NCBI GenBank assembly: GCA_965240465.1 | Contig: OZ251219.1 | Coordinates: 1,440,001 to 1,504,000, forward strand | Source of the DNA: a bacterium | Lineage (GTDB): Bacteria; SAR324; JACQKK01 | Direction: 5' to 3' | Length of the DNA: 64,000 nucleotides | In this document: in pieces, positions 50,018 to 58,801 of the stretch | How the letters are laid out: each line of letters begins with the position of its first letter | Numbering within the stretch: position 1 is the first letter of the stretch | Notes under the pieces: generated by a model | Databases searched by the model: none | What the model was told of the DNA's origin: nothing | Seen by the model: only the letters and a program-made list of their open reading frames with translations | Made by a program: the position numbers and the translations under genes

Positions 50018-50398
50018 CTAGGGTATAATTTGGTAAGATTCTAGTTCTATTTTGCCTCGATAGCGGTTTGCATAAGGGAGAACATGTTGTCCCAATGGTA
50101 TCCTGCGATTGACCAAGATAACCTGATAAAGAGGTGTTGCAGTACCGTCTTCCCAGAATAAGGGGGTATTGTTTTGCCACCATCTGTTGATGAGTTCTGC
50201 TTCTTCGGTTTCCATGTGGCTGACGGAGAATCGCCAGCGTAGCCATTTACCAAAATTGTAGCGGAACATGTTACCAGCTTGTGTTCGGATGCTGGATTCA
50301 ATTTTTTGATGATCTCGGATGTAGTTGTATTCGGGATGCAGAGCTACGTTTGTTGACGAGTTTGCAAAGAGCAAGTATTTGCGAGAGTTATCGGTCAT
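50018..50398 (-). CDS. Putative distal tail protein
   Basis: Immediately after the tape measure, 126 aa, RTQAGNMFRY...WRFS pattern. Confidence 0.5.
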   Translation of the reverse strand: MTDNSRKYLLFANSSTNVALHPEYNYIRDHQKIESSIRTQAGNMFRYNFGKWLRWRFSVSHMETEEAELINRWWQNNTPLFWEDGTATPLYQVILVNRRIPLGQHVLPYANRYRGKIELESYQIIP

Positions 50399-50423
50399 AT
50401 TTGATTAGGGGATTAGGAGTGTA

Positions 50424-51446
50424 TCAAGTTTCGGTGGCAAATTTTGGATAGACACCACTTTCATAAAGAGAATCCATGGCACCGTAGATTCTAACGGCCA
50501 ATAATTCCCTAAGGTCTCGTTCGTCCATACGCAGTAGGGAATCTATGTGGGTAGCGTTTTCCAAGATATGTACCTCCATTTGCTGAACTACGATGTTGCC
50601 TTGGGAGGAATCTTGCTTGTCTATAAATTGGGTTAAATCTTTATTTTGTGAAGGGGATAGTATTCGTTCGCCTTTATCTAAGAGATAGGTTTGCTCTTTT
50701 GGGACAAAAGAAAGACCACCATGTGCGGCTGGGGGATTTTGCTTAGCAATAGAACTCGCAAGAGCCAATCCGCTAGCTAGCTCAGCAGCTGCTACTACTG
50801 GTCCTAATGGCCAAGGAATCTCAGCTGCAGCTTTAGAAGCACGCAAATATGCAGCAATAAGGGATTGCCCAGATGCAATAGCCTTATAAGCTTGGAATCC
50901 CCGGATACCTTGACTTTTAGATATTGTTGCTAAGCGTCCTAATCCATCGGAAACCGATTGCAAGCGTGCCAGATTCTCAGATCTTTGCAGTGCAGTGAGG
51001 CTTTTTTCATGTTCGGAGTGTAGCTGCTGTAATTGATTATTATGCTGCTTAGTGCGGTTGATCTCGTAAGATTGGGATTTAGAAACATTGGCTTCTTTTT
51101 GCAGATCATGTTCGCTTTGTTGTTGGATAATTTGCTCATTTTCTAAGGCTTTTGCTTCAAGGTACTGCTTAGATTGGTTTCGTTCCAAATCGTTGCGGTG
51201 ATTAAGGTAATCGGCACGTTGTGCGAGTGAAGCTTCGTCATTAGCAGATTGGCGCGCCTGGGTATGAGCCTGATTATTGGCACTTTCTTGGGTAACGCGG
51301 TTTGTTTCTTTAGTTGATTGGCTTATTATCCGATTACTTTCCTGTATGTCATTGGCACTAGTAAGTGAACGTTTGCCCATGCGTTCTACAGTAGCAGAAA
51401 AGGCATCGCGAGCTTCAATAACAAAGGATATTTTTTGTTCGGGCAT
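50424..51446 (-). CDS. Short tape measure protein (340 aa)
   Basis: N-terminal ISFVIEARDAFS, helical Q/A-rich body, C-terminal AHGGLSFVPKEQTYLLDKGERIL motif. Follows the chaperone genes. Confidence 0.8.
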   Translation of the reverse strand: MPEQKISFVIEARDAFSATVERMGKRSLTSANDIQESNRIISQSTKETNRVTQESANNQAHTQARQSANDEASLAQRADYLNHRNDLERNQSKQYLEAKALENEQIIQQQSEHDLQKEANVSKSQSYEINRTKQHNNQLQQLHSEHEKSLTALQRSENLARLQSVSDGLGRLATISKSQGIRGFQAYKAIASGQSLIAAYLRASKAAAEIPWPLGPVVAAAELASGLALASSIAKQNPPAAHGGLSFVPKEQTYLLDKGERILSPSQNKDLTQFIDKQDSSQGNIVVQQMEVHILENATHIDSLLRMDERDLRELLAVRIYGAMDSLYESGVYPKFATET

Positions 51447-51496
51447 GGTACGTAAAAAATAAATGGCAATAGATTGAAAGCAATAAGGATAAAATG

Positions 51497-51748
51497 TTAA
51501 TGAGAAGAAGATGCTTGTATGCGATACATTTCACTGGTTATCCATTCAAAGATTTCCACTACATGATGAGGTTGTTCGGCATAACATCTACCGTCGGGCC
51601 AGGCTGTTTGCATCCACCCACCTTGCAGATATGCGTGGCAATTTTTCCAAGCATCCCACCATGTGTAAATAGATAACCCGGCAACTGTAAGAGGCGCCAT
51701 CAATCGCATGCCTTCGGCAATACGGTGGATGGCGCGGCGGACTTTTTT
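51497..51748 (-). CDS. Tail assembly chaperone C-terminal extension, reached by -1 frameshift
   Basis: The -1 frame is open from the slippery site A AAA AAG to stop 51497 and contains WPDGRCYAEQPHHVVEIF. Confidence 0.7.
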   Translation of the reverse strand, partial: KKVRRAIHRIAEGMRLMAPLTVAGLSIYTWWDAWKNCHAYLQGGWMQTAWPDGRCYAEQPHHVVEIFEWITSEMYRIQASSSH

Positions 51749-52095
51749 TCGCTGGGTTCCTCTTCCTGCAGTTGTCCACCGCGAATCAAAGTAGCTAACA
51801 AGGCATCTACTAGAGGACTAAAATACTGATGTTCTAAGACATCCTCTAAACTGGCTGACACGCCTTTAATCTTAAATCCAGAAAATGAAGTAATATAATC
51901 AGGGAGTATCTGTACCCCTATTTCTTGTAACCGTAGATTTTGCTCCCAAGCATTACTGGGAGAATTTTCTTCTGTAGGATGTAAATAGGGAAGCAGACTA
52001 AGCATATCTTTGCGTTTCAATGCCCGCATACTACCAGTGATAGTATGTCCATCAAATAATATACTGAATTCAAACTGTGGTAAAAATTCTTTCAT
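51700..52095 (-). CDS. Tail assembly chaperone
   Basis: Lies between tail tube and tape measure and carries an in-frame slippery heptamer. Confidence 0.7.
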   Translation of the reverse strand: MKEFLPQFEFSILFDGHTITGSMRALKRKDMLSLLPYLHPTEENSPSNAWEQNLRLQEIGVQILPDYITSFSGFKIKGVSASLEDVLEHQYFSPLVDALLATLIRGGQLQEEEPSEKKSAAPSTVLPKACD

Positions 52096-52104
52096 GATAA
52101 ATTC

Positions 52105-53082
52105 TTATGTAGTGTAGGGAGCATGAGTGTTAACCAAGGTAATATTTATGGAATTTCCATTAGCTTGACGAATTGCTTTTGCTGAGAATTCAGTTTCTAA
52201 GGGACCAGGACCGCTTATTGTAGGCTTTAGTTCAACATATTGAATTTCTGGTAATGATATTTGTACAGATTCTTTAACATCACCTGATAGTGTCACACCA
52301 CTTTCAAATTCTAGGCTAAAAGAACGTCTTTCTTGATTAAGAAAAGCTACATATTCTCTATCATTATCAAATCGTGCACTACCTTGCAGGCTTATAGTTC
52401 TAAAGCCGCTTCTTTGTATCCGTGAAGGATACTTACCTCCATCTAGTGTATGTAATACCTCTAGGTTTTCATCTAATTGAATACTAAGTTGAGTGAAATC
52501 ACCATATAAGTCATTATTGATATTACACTTAGCCTGTTGCCAGCTTAGTGGCTTATCATAATTATAAGTAACACTCACAGGATTAGTGTCTTTGAAGCGT
52601 CCTCCCAGCATTCCTAATTTCAATTTAAGGAATTCTCCATTAGCGACACTTAGCTCTAGTGAAGATGCTACCATATCGTAAAATACCCTAGCTTTACTGT
52701 CGCCATGGAAGTGCTTGTATATGGCAAGCGGATGGTTAACGAATTTGCTGTTATGGTCCTGATTTTTGGGGGAAAACAGGTGAACGTAGTAATTGTTGCT
52801 TGATCTTACAGAATAAGAATTTCCTAAAACAGATTGAAATAATAATCCTACGGCTAAAGGTGAGGCTTCTACTGACAGCTCCCCACTGATGGTAATAGGT
52901 CCAGAATGAAGATTTCCTTCATCAAATACACCGTGCATATTTTGCTCTACCAAGGGTGGTTGTTCTACCGATACTGATTCTGATAGTAGTGGTAACCATT
53001 GCAAGGTAGGCATTCTAAATTGATTTGTACTTGTAGCAGACTGAAAGCCTATCGCCAACGAAGCATTTTGTCCGTACTTCAT
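52105..53082 (-). CDS. Major tail tube protein (non-contractile type)
   Basis: Beta-rich 325 aa protein with strong AGGAG RBS, in the canonical position. No sheath gene nearby. Confidence 0.75.
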   Translation of the reverse strand: MKYGQNASLAIGFQSATSTNQFRMPTLQWLPLLSESVSVEQPPLVEQNMHGVFDEGNLHSGPITISGELSVEASPLAVGLLFQSVLGNSYSVRSSNNYYVHLFSPKNQDHNSKFVNHPLAIYKHFHGDSKARVFYDMVASSLELSVANGEFLKLKLGMLGGRFKDTNPVSVTYNYDKPLSWQQAKCNINNDLYGDFTQLSIQLDENLEVLHTLDGGKYPSRIQRSGFRTISLQGSARFDNDREYVAFLNQERRSFSLEFESGVTLSGDVKESVQISLPEIQYVELKPTISGPGPLETEFSAKAIRQANGNSINITLVNTHAPYTT

Positions 53083-53172
53083 AATATCTCCTGTAAGGTT
53101 GTGAAAAAAATAACAAGTAAGGTAATAAATATCAGTAATGAAAATAGTAATATAATTGTAATAAGATGGTAT

Positions 53173-53637
53173 TTAACAAGGGATAGTTTGTAGAGCAATT
53201 TCATTGGTGAACAACCACGTATCGGCGTTAATATCCCTTTGAAACGGGGATATCTCCATTTCTTCCATGGCTAGTAACACGCCGCTAAGCAGAAGATTAC
53301 TGTAAAGAGCACTTAGTAGCAGATTTTGGATTTTATATAGGCGTTTGCTTGCATCTTGAGAACTTTTATGGCTAGAATCTTGAAGGTAGAGTAGCATTTC
53401 TAGTTGTGATTGCCATAATTTTGAACCCCCTAAGGTATGGGGTTTCAATTGCAATCTACCCGGATAGATTCCTAGCCAGGGTGTTAAGCTGATATCACGA
53501 TTGATGGGTTCAGCATGCTGTATTGTTAATCCTGCTTTGGTAAGTGCACTATCCTGAGAAAGCTGGGTTACTATAGCCTGAGCTATTTCTTCTACTGGTA
53601 CGTAATTTGTTTGACTGCTAGGGGATTGTTGTTTCAT
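53173..53637 (-). CDS. Putative tail terminator / completion protein
   Basis: Position and size, with the PWLGIY pattern. Confidence 0.55.
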   Translation of the reverse strand: MKQQSPSSQTNYVPVEEIAQAIVTQLSQDSALTKAGLTIQHAEPINRDISLTPWLGIYPGRLQLKPHTLGGSKLWQSQLEMLLYLQDSSHKSSQDASKRLYKIQNLLLSALYSNLLLSGVLLAMEEMEISPFQRDINADTWLFTNEIALQTIPC

Positions 53638-53678
53638 ATTATTGTGACTATTTTTTAGGAATAGTGAGGAAACTTATG

Positions 53679-54119
53679 CTATGGAATGTATTTTGGAATG
53701 AAAGGCAATTTGGATAATCTGTCCTTAAGATTTTGCTTAAGCAATGTTTCAGCCTGGGGAAGCTCTGGGAACAGGGGCCTTTTGGGGACTCCCTGTCCTA
53801 GATGATGAAGCACCGCATATGCTGCAGTGTTGGTTGCTTTAATATCTTTTGAAGACTGGAGTAACTTAAAACTATTTCTTAATTTACCTGTGTTAACTAG
53901 CAATGGACGGGTGTTACGCTTTTTTGAACTACTGCTTCGGGGAATCCAGCTGCCACTTTGCAGTAACCTTCCTTGCCCATCAAAGTTTTTTTTAGTCCAA
54001 GCAATCATGGTTTTTCCTAATTCTTGGTGGGTCTGTTTTATCCAACTTGCAGATGCTTGAGGATTACTCCACTGACGTCCCAATTGCTCTAAGGCTTTAT
54101 GTGCATTATTTTGTGGCAT
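53679..54119 (-). CDS. Mu gpG-like virion morphogenesis protein
   Basis: NFDGQG...W...LLVNTGKLRNS...YAVLHHLG...PKRPLF. Confidence 0.75.
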   Translation of the reverse strand: MPQNNAHKALEQLGRQWSNPQASASWIKQTHQELGKTMIAWTKKNFDGQGRLLQSGSWIPRSSSSKKRNTRPLLVNTGKLRNSFKLLQSSKDIKATNTAAYAVLHHLGQGVPKRPLFPELPQAETLLKQNLKDRLSKLPFIPKYIP

Positions 54120-54162
54120 GGCAGTATATAAGTAGTAAAAATTACTGACGGCGGTTATTTTG

Positions 54163-54546
54163 CTAATCAGGAACAAAGGTGTTTTTTATATTACGGGTAC
54201 TGCTCCAAACTTGCTGTCCAGGAGAATTTACCCAGAGCAGTTCTCCGTTATCTAACACCATGGCCTGATTACCCTGGGAGATCTCTTTAATTCTATTTTG
54301 AATCTCTTTTTGGAACGGCAGCATAATTGTTTCATCTTTGCTACGCTGGAGGATGAGCAGATAGGCAAGATCAATAGTAAGGTCGCGAGCGGTTAAATTG
54401 TTTTGTCCTAAGGGAACGGAAACCCAAGGGGCAAGCATAGCTTCTAGCCTTAAAGAGGCATAGAGCAGATAGTGGTTAGTAAGTTCTTCATCACTGATAC
54501 GAGTGATGTAGCGTTCTTTGAATTGTGAAACAGTTGCATAAACCAT
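54163..54546 (-). CDS. Head-tail adaptor (Mu gp36-like)
   Basis: MVYATVSQF start, position after the capsid gene, DLAY motif. Confidence 0.65.
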   Translation of the reverse strand: MVYATVSQFKERYITRISDEELTNHYLLYASLRLEAMLAPWVSVPLGQNNLTARDLTIDLAYLLILQRSKDETIMLPFQKEIQNRIKEISQGNQAMVLDNGELLWVNSPGQQVWSSTRNIKNTFVPD

Positions 54547-54693
54547 GGCTAATAATTGGTAAAAGTTTGATAAATAATGAAGATTGTTTTCTAAGAGTAA
54601 GGGAGGGAGGCAATCGAGAAACACACACTAGGGCTTTTTTCTGCCAGGGGCCTCGGCAGGTTGGCCAAGGATTACCTCCCTATATTTGCAAGC

Positions 54694-55647
54694 TTAGGAT
54701 TTAACGTTTCTGACCAAATATCCAAGAGATTTGGCTGTAATCGCCTCTGCTTGGTAGTATCCGATCTCCACTTCATGACAATGTCTCCGAGTATCATAGG
54801 GGTGGCGAACAACCTGCATGTTAGGGATGTCAGACGCCGCCCAACGGAAGAAATAGCCAAATGAAGGAGTCTCCATAGAAGCTGCATCTGGTGCATAGTA
54901 GACCAAAACATTGCTTCCCCATATTTGTTGTAGGTTGATATCTAGGCCTTCCTCAGCACTATTTCTCCATGCATTTCCAACATGTATCTTGCACTCCAAT
55001 AGTTCTTCTATTTGAGATGAACTTGGGTAGAGACCTCCTCCAGATACAATGGAATTGTTAGCACGATCACTCACTGTTCTATGGCGACGGAACAATTGCC
55101 AAGCTTGTCCAGAAAACAGAACCCGATTGGGACGGTAACCAGTAGAAGATTCTACGCTGTCTATAGCAGCTAAGATATCGTTAAGAGGTTTAGCACCGGT
55201 GGCGTTCCATTTGTTGGTAGGGGTAGAATTACCTCCCACATTATCAGTGTTGGAAATAAGTTTGGCAAGGCGGACTTCCCAATCCAACAAGATAGAATCT
55301 TGCACGCGCATTATGCGTCCCTCTTCAAATTGTTGAATAAACACCGGATCGGCATTGATACGGTCTTCTAGGGTCACATCTACCTTAAGGGCATAATTGC
55401 TACAAAAGAATCCAGATTTAGAAATACGAGAGTGGATCTTATTAGCTTCGGTGCCACGAGAACGACTAGTGTCTTCGTGTCGGAATAAATCGGCTTGTTC
55501 AAATACCACATAGTTATCGGACTGTTTGGGGACCTGTACCACGGGGAATACTTGGTCAGCAATGAAGCCCATAGGGCGATAATTAAGAACAACATTAGAA
55601 AGGTGCTGGTCTACATGTAGAATGCGACCTTGCATGTATTCGCTCAT
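54694..55647 (-). CDS. Major capsid protein (HK97 fold)
   Basis: VDQHLSNVVLNY..FIADQVFPVV, TGYRPNRV, PSFGYFF. AAGGAG RBS. Confidence 0.85.
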   Translation of the reverse strand: MSEYMQGRILHVDQHLSNVVLNYRPMGFIADQVFPVVQVPKQSDNYVVFEQADLFRHEDTSRSRGTEANKIHSRISKSGFFCSNYALKVDVTLEDRINADPVFIQQFEEGRIMRVQDSILLDWEVRLAKLISNTDNVGGNSTPTNKWNATGAKPLNDILAAIDSVESSTGYRPNRVLFSGQAWQLFRRHRTVSDRANNSIVSGGGLYPSSSQIEELLECKIHVGNAWRNSAEEGLDINLQQIWGSNVLVYYAPDAASMETPSFGYFFRWAASDIPNMQVVRHPYDTRRHCHEVEIGYYQAEAITAKSLGYLVRNVKS

Positions 55648-55710
55648 GTTAAACTCCTTGGGGAACTGTTGATTATAAAAGTTGGGTTGACAAAGATTAT
55701 GTGACTAGAA

Positions 55711-56088
55711 TTAGGCCTTCTTCACTGGCGTTGCGAAATTGAATACTCCTGTGCCGACAGCACCCGAAGATACGTGGGTTCCTAAACAGCGTCCTATAAT
55801 ATAGGAATCTGTAGTAGCAGATACAAAATATCCAAGACTGTTAACAGTCAACAGAGTACCTGATGTAACACTGTTACCAGCGGAGAATTTCATTACCCCA
55901 GCATAGCCAAGGGTTACAAATTCTCCTGTTTTTCCTCCGTATTGCAGAATGCCAAGAGCAGTTTCGCCTGTACTGGCAGTACTACCACTTACCGTGATTG
56001 CTTTGAATAGATCACCAGAGGCTGTCAGATCATTGAGATCTTCTCCGGCCTTGATTGTAAGGTTGGAATAATTTCCTTGAATGGCCAT
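55711..56088 (-). CDS. Capsid decoration / cement protein (DUF2190-like)
   Basis: Small G/A/T-rich protein between scaffold and capsid genes, with AGGAG RBS. Confidence 0.65.
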   Translation of the reverse strand: MAIQGNYSNLTIKAGEDLNDLTASGDLFKAITVSGSTASTGETALGILQYGGKTGEFVTLGYAGVMKFSAGNSVTSGTLLTVNSLGYFVSATTDSYIIGRCLGTHVSSGAVGTGVFNFATPVKKA

Positions 56089-56103
56089 GGGGGGAACTCC
56101 TAA

Positions 56104-57261
56104 TTATTGAGGTTGAATGGTAAAGCTACGGTAGGCCTCAGACAGCTGCGGATGAGAACGCAAGACATGTTGTGCGGCTTGACTATAGCTGATGTTTAAT
56201 TCGTGCATTTTTCCTTCTGCAAGTGCTGCCAGTTGCTGAGCAGGTGTTGTTGCAGTATCCGATGAGGGCGGTCTCATAGAGGAAGCAGCTTCTTCTTGAG
56301 GAAGCACAGGGTTTGACTGTTGAATGAATTCCATTAACCAATTCAAGGAAATTTGAAGAGGTTTGCCTTCAGCAAAGTATCGTGCTTGGCAATTAATTTC
56401 GTTCATAAGAGAATCACGCAAAGTGGGACTTAATTTTCCTGATTTTACTTGAGTGTCACAGCTTCTTTTTGCACTTTGGATGGCAAGGGATAATGCCTTT
56501 GCCTGGCGCATTTTATGAGATTCGCGAAGATGTTCTTCTTGTTGCAGCTTATAGACACGCAGTTCGGAAAGTTCAGTCTGTTCTTCACTGTTGAGCATGG
56601 TGGAGGGCATATTTTTCTCCTTCCGCTTTAAGGTTAAAGAAGAGGTTGATGAATGAGATGCCTGCTGAGGAATGAATTCTTTTACATTCTCCAGAGGCAA
56701 GATGAATACCCGCGAATTGCGAGCACAAAAACCTGAAGGCCAATCTGCCGTCAGGAAAATTGATAAATCTTTCAAGTTAGTCACAGCAGGCAAGTCAGCA
56801 CCTAGCAAGGCTACGGCCTTCAGTGTTTTGCCTATTTTTCTACCCTTATATTCAGCCTCAAAGTAAATTTCTGCAGAAACCCTTCGCCAGCGACCTTCAG
56901 TAATAGCTTTTCGTACTACGGCAGGAACTTGAAGAAAGGTTGCTATTAATTTATCCCCCTCTACCCGCAATGCACTAACCCAACCCAAGGCTGGGTCGCC
57001 ATCGCTTTGCCCCAATAATGTTTGATCTTCATCATGACCAAATTTTAATGGAGGTTTTATTTCATTCTTTAGTAATTCAAAATTATGAGCAATCTCTTCC
57101 AAATCTTCTCGGCTGAAATACTCTCCATTCCATTTTCCTACACTCATAATTTCTGCTTCTAGAGAAGATCTACCTTCGGCATCTTTGTTTGGGATCTGGG
57201 AAACGGGACCTTTGTCATAAGGTAGCATTTCTTGTTCTTGGCGGAGACTCTGCATGTTCAT
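56104..57261 (-). CDS. Mu gpI-like prohead protease with C-terminal scaffold
   Basis: PLKFGH, PALGWV, WRRVSAEI, AVALLGADLPAV, followed by a coiled-coil C-terminus. Confidence 0.85.
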   Translation of the reverse strand: MNMQSLRQEQEMLPYDKGPVSQIPNKDAEGRSSLEAEIMSVGKWNGEYFSREDLEEIAHNFELLKNEIKPPLKFGHDEDQTLLGQSDGDPALGWVSALRVEGDKLIATFLQVPAVVRKAITEGRWRRVSAEIYFEAEYKGRKIGKTLKAVALLGADLPAVTNLKDLSIFLTADWPSGFCARNSRVFILPLENVKEFIPQQASHSSTSSLTLKRKEKNMPSTMLNSEEQTELSELRVYKLQQEEHLRESHKMRQAKALSLAIQSAKRSCDTQVKSGKLSPTLRDSLMNEINCQARYFAEGKPLQISLNWLMEFIQQSNPVLPQEEAASSMRPPSSDTATTPAQQLAALAEGKMHELNISYSQAAQHVLRSHPQLSEAYRSFTIQPQ

Positions 57262-57349
57262 TTATCCTTGTATTTAGGTTAGCTATGGTAGAAAACTTTT
57301 TGCGTTGGTGAATTTTAATAGGATGTTAAATGATTTTTATTTGATGTTT

Positions 57350-58801
57350 CTATACCATTGATGGATGGGGTTTTATGCCATTAGCACGGTTGTTTGGGGT
57401 ATCTGGATCAGGCCTTAGCTGTCCATTGGCACGGACTCCACTCTGCTGATTTGGAGGGTACGTACCGTTAGTTGATAAAGGGAATCCCAACAATTCACGG
57501 ATGCGAGATTCGTCTTCGGTAGAGGGGGTAACCAGACCACTAGTGACAGCATCCTTCCATCTGGCAACTGTATCTTGTCGTTGCTGCTCAGTTAGAGGAG
57601 CAAAAGAGAAGCGTGGGTATTCTACTAGTCCAAAATTCCACCATGATAGCTCGCGAAATAGCTGTTCATTGAGGACATCTGCGACTGACTCTGCAATGCC
57701 ATTAAGCACAAAGAAGAATGTTTCTAGTTGGATACGGCTCTGACTATATCCTCCTGTTTGTCCTTGTTCTGAAAATCCTAACAAGTTTGGCACTAGCAAA
57801 GCTTTAGCGATGGCCTTATCTCGTGCTGCGATGGCACGCTCAAAAGCATCTGTGGAAGGGGCATTAATCATTTCTAGCTCTACATTGGCGGGAGTAATAA
57901 TGGAGGTACGCCCACTTAGGTTTTGCATTGCTTGTTTGAGAGATTCCCTATCTTGAGAACTAATGGCACCAGATATACGCCCATGAACAAAACCAGATGC
58001 CATTCTCTCTAGGTAGATATTCCAGAATTTAAATATGTTTTCTTTAGCCCACCAATGGCGATAGCATTCGCGAAGATCAGACTCCCCGTATTGCAAGTTT
58101 TCTTCTGGCTTATTCACATGATGAATAAATCGCCTTAGTGGTAGCTGGACTTCTTTTACGCCTTGTTGCTGTATCAGTTTGGTAGTGTTACCGTATTTAT
58201 CTACTTCAAAGCGAAAGGTTTCTGCGGGGCGAAGCTTTAAGGAACGTAGGCTCCAACGATACTGCCCTTGCCAAATAACGGATTGGAATGTTTTTTCGAG
58301 CAAGCTAAAGCCAAATACATGACTGGTAAGTATGTCTCCCATGGCTTGATGGAAAGATCCACACAGATGTTTTTCCATCATTGTATGAAAGAAATCAGCA
58401 GCTATTTTTTGTTCATCTGTATTGGTCTCAAATCGCCACGAACGCGAGGTGATTACCGCTTGTTTTAATCCGAGTAAGGCACGGATCTGATCATCTTTCA
58501 TTACTCTGCGATATATTCCAGATCCCCAGCCTTCGCCCATTTCTGGATGCCAAGATACGCTTGGTTGTTGTTGAAAGAATGACCTTTCAGCCCATGCTAT
58601 TTCTTTGCTGTGAGAAGTCCATGGTTTAGTGCTACGCCGTGTATCTGCATGGAGGCGAATTTCATCGGATTGCATCCCGGTTGATGTACTTGGATTATGG
58701 GAAGAAGTTTGGTCATCCACGCTATGCTTGGCAGCTGTTGATTTGCCTAGCAAGCGATGAATGATACTCTGTCTGGGTCTTTTATAAGCTTTGGTAGGCA
58801 T
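57350..58801 (-). CDS. Portal protein (Mu gp29/DUF935-like)
   Basis: FGFSLLE, YGESDLRECY, DKAIAKALL, NEQLFRELSWWNFG. Follows the terminase. Confidence 0.85.
   Translation of the reverse strand: MPTKAYKRPRQSIIHRLLGKSTAAKHSVDDQTSSHNPSTSTGMQSDEIRLHADTRRSTKPWTSHSKEIAWAERSFFQQQPSVSWHPEMGEGWGSGIYRRVMKDDQIRALLGLKQAVITSRSWRFETNTDEQKIAADFFHTMMEKHLCGSFHQAMGDILTSHVFGFSLLEKTFQSVIWQGQYRWSLRSLKLRPAETFRFEVDKYGNTTKLIQQQGVKEVQLPLRRFIHHVNKPEENLQYGESDLRECYRHWWAKENIFKFWNIYLERMASGFVHGRISGAISSQDRESLKQAMQNLSGRTSIITPANVELEMINAPSTDAFERAIAARDKAIAKALLVPNLLGFSEQGQTGGYSQSRIQLETFFFVLNGIAESVADVLNEQLFRELSWWNFGLVEYPRFSFAPLTEQQRQDTVARWKDAVTSGLVTPSTEDESRIRELLGFPLSTNGTYPPNQQSGVRANGQLRPDPDTPNNRANGIKPHPSMV

Noticed and set aside
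54631-54660. Intrinsic terminator after the capsid gene
   Set aside because: The hairpin is followed by an A-run, not a U-run, on the transcribed strand. At most it is an mRNA stability element.
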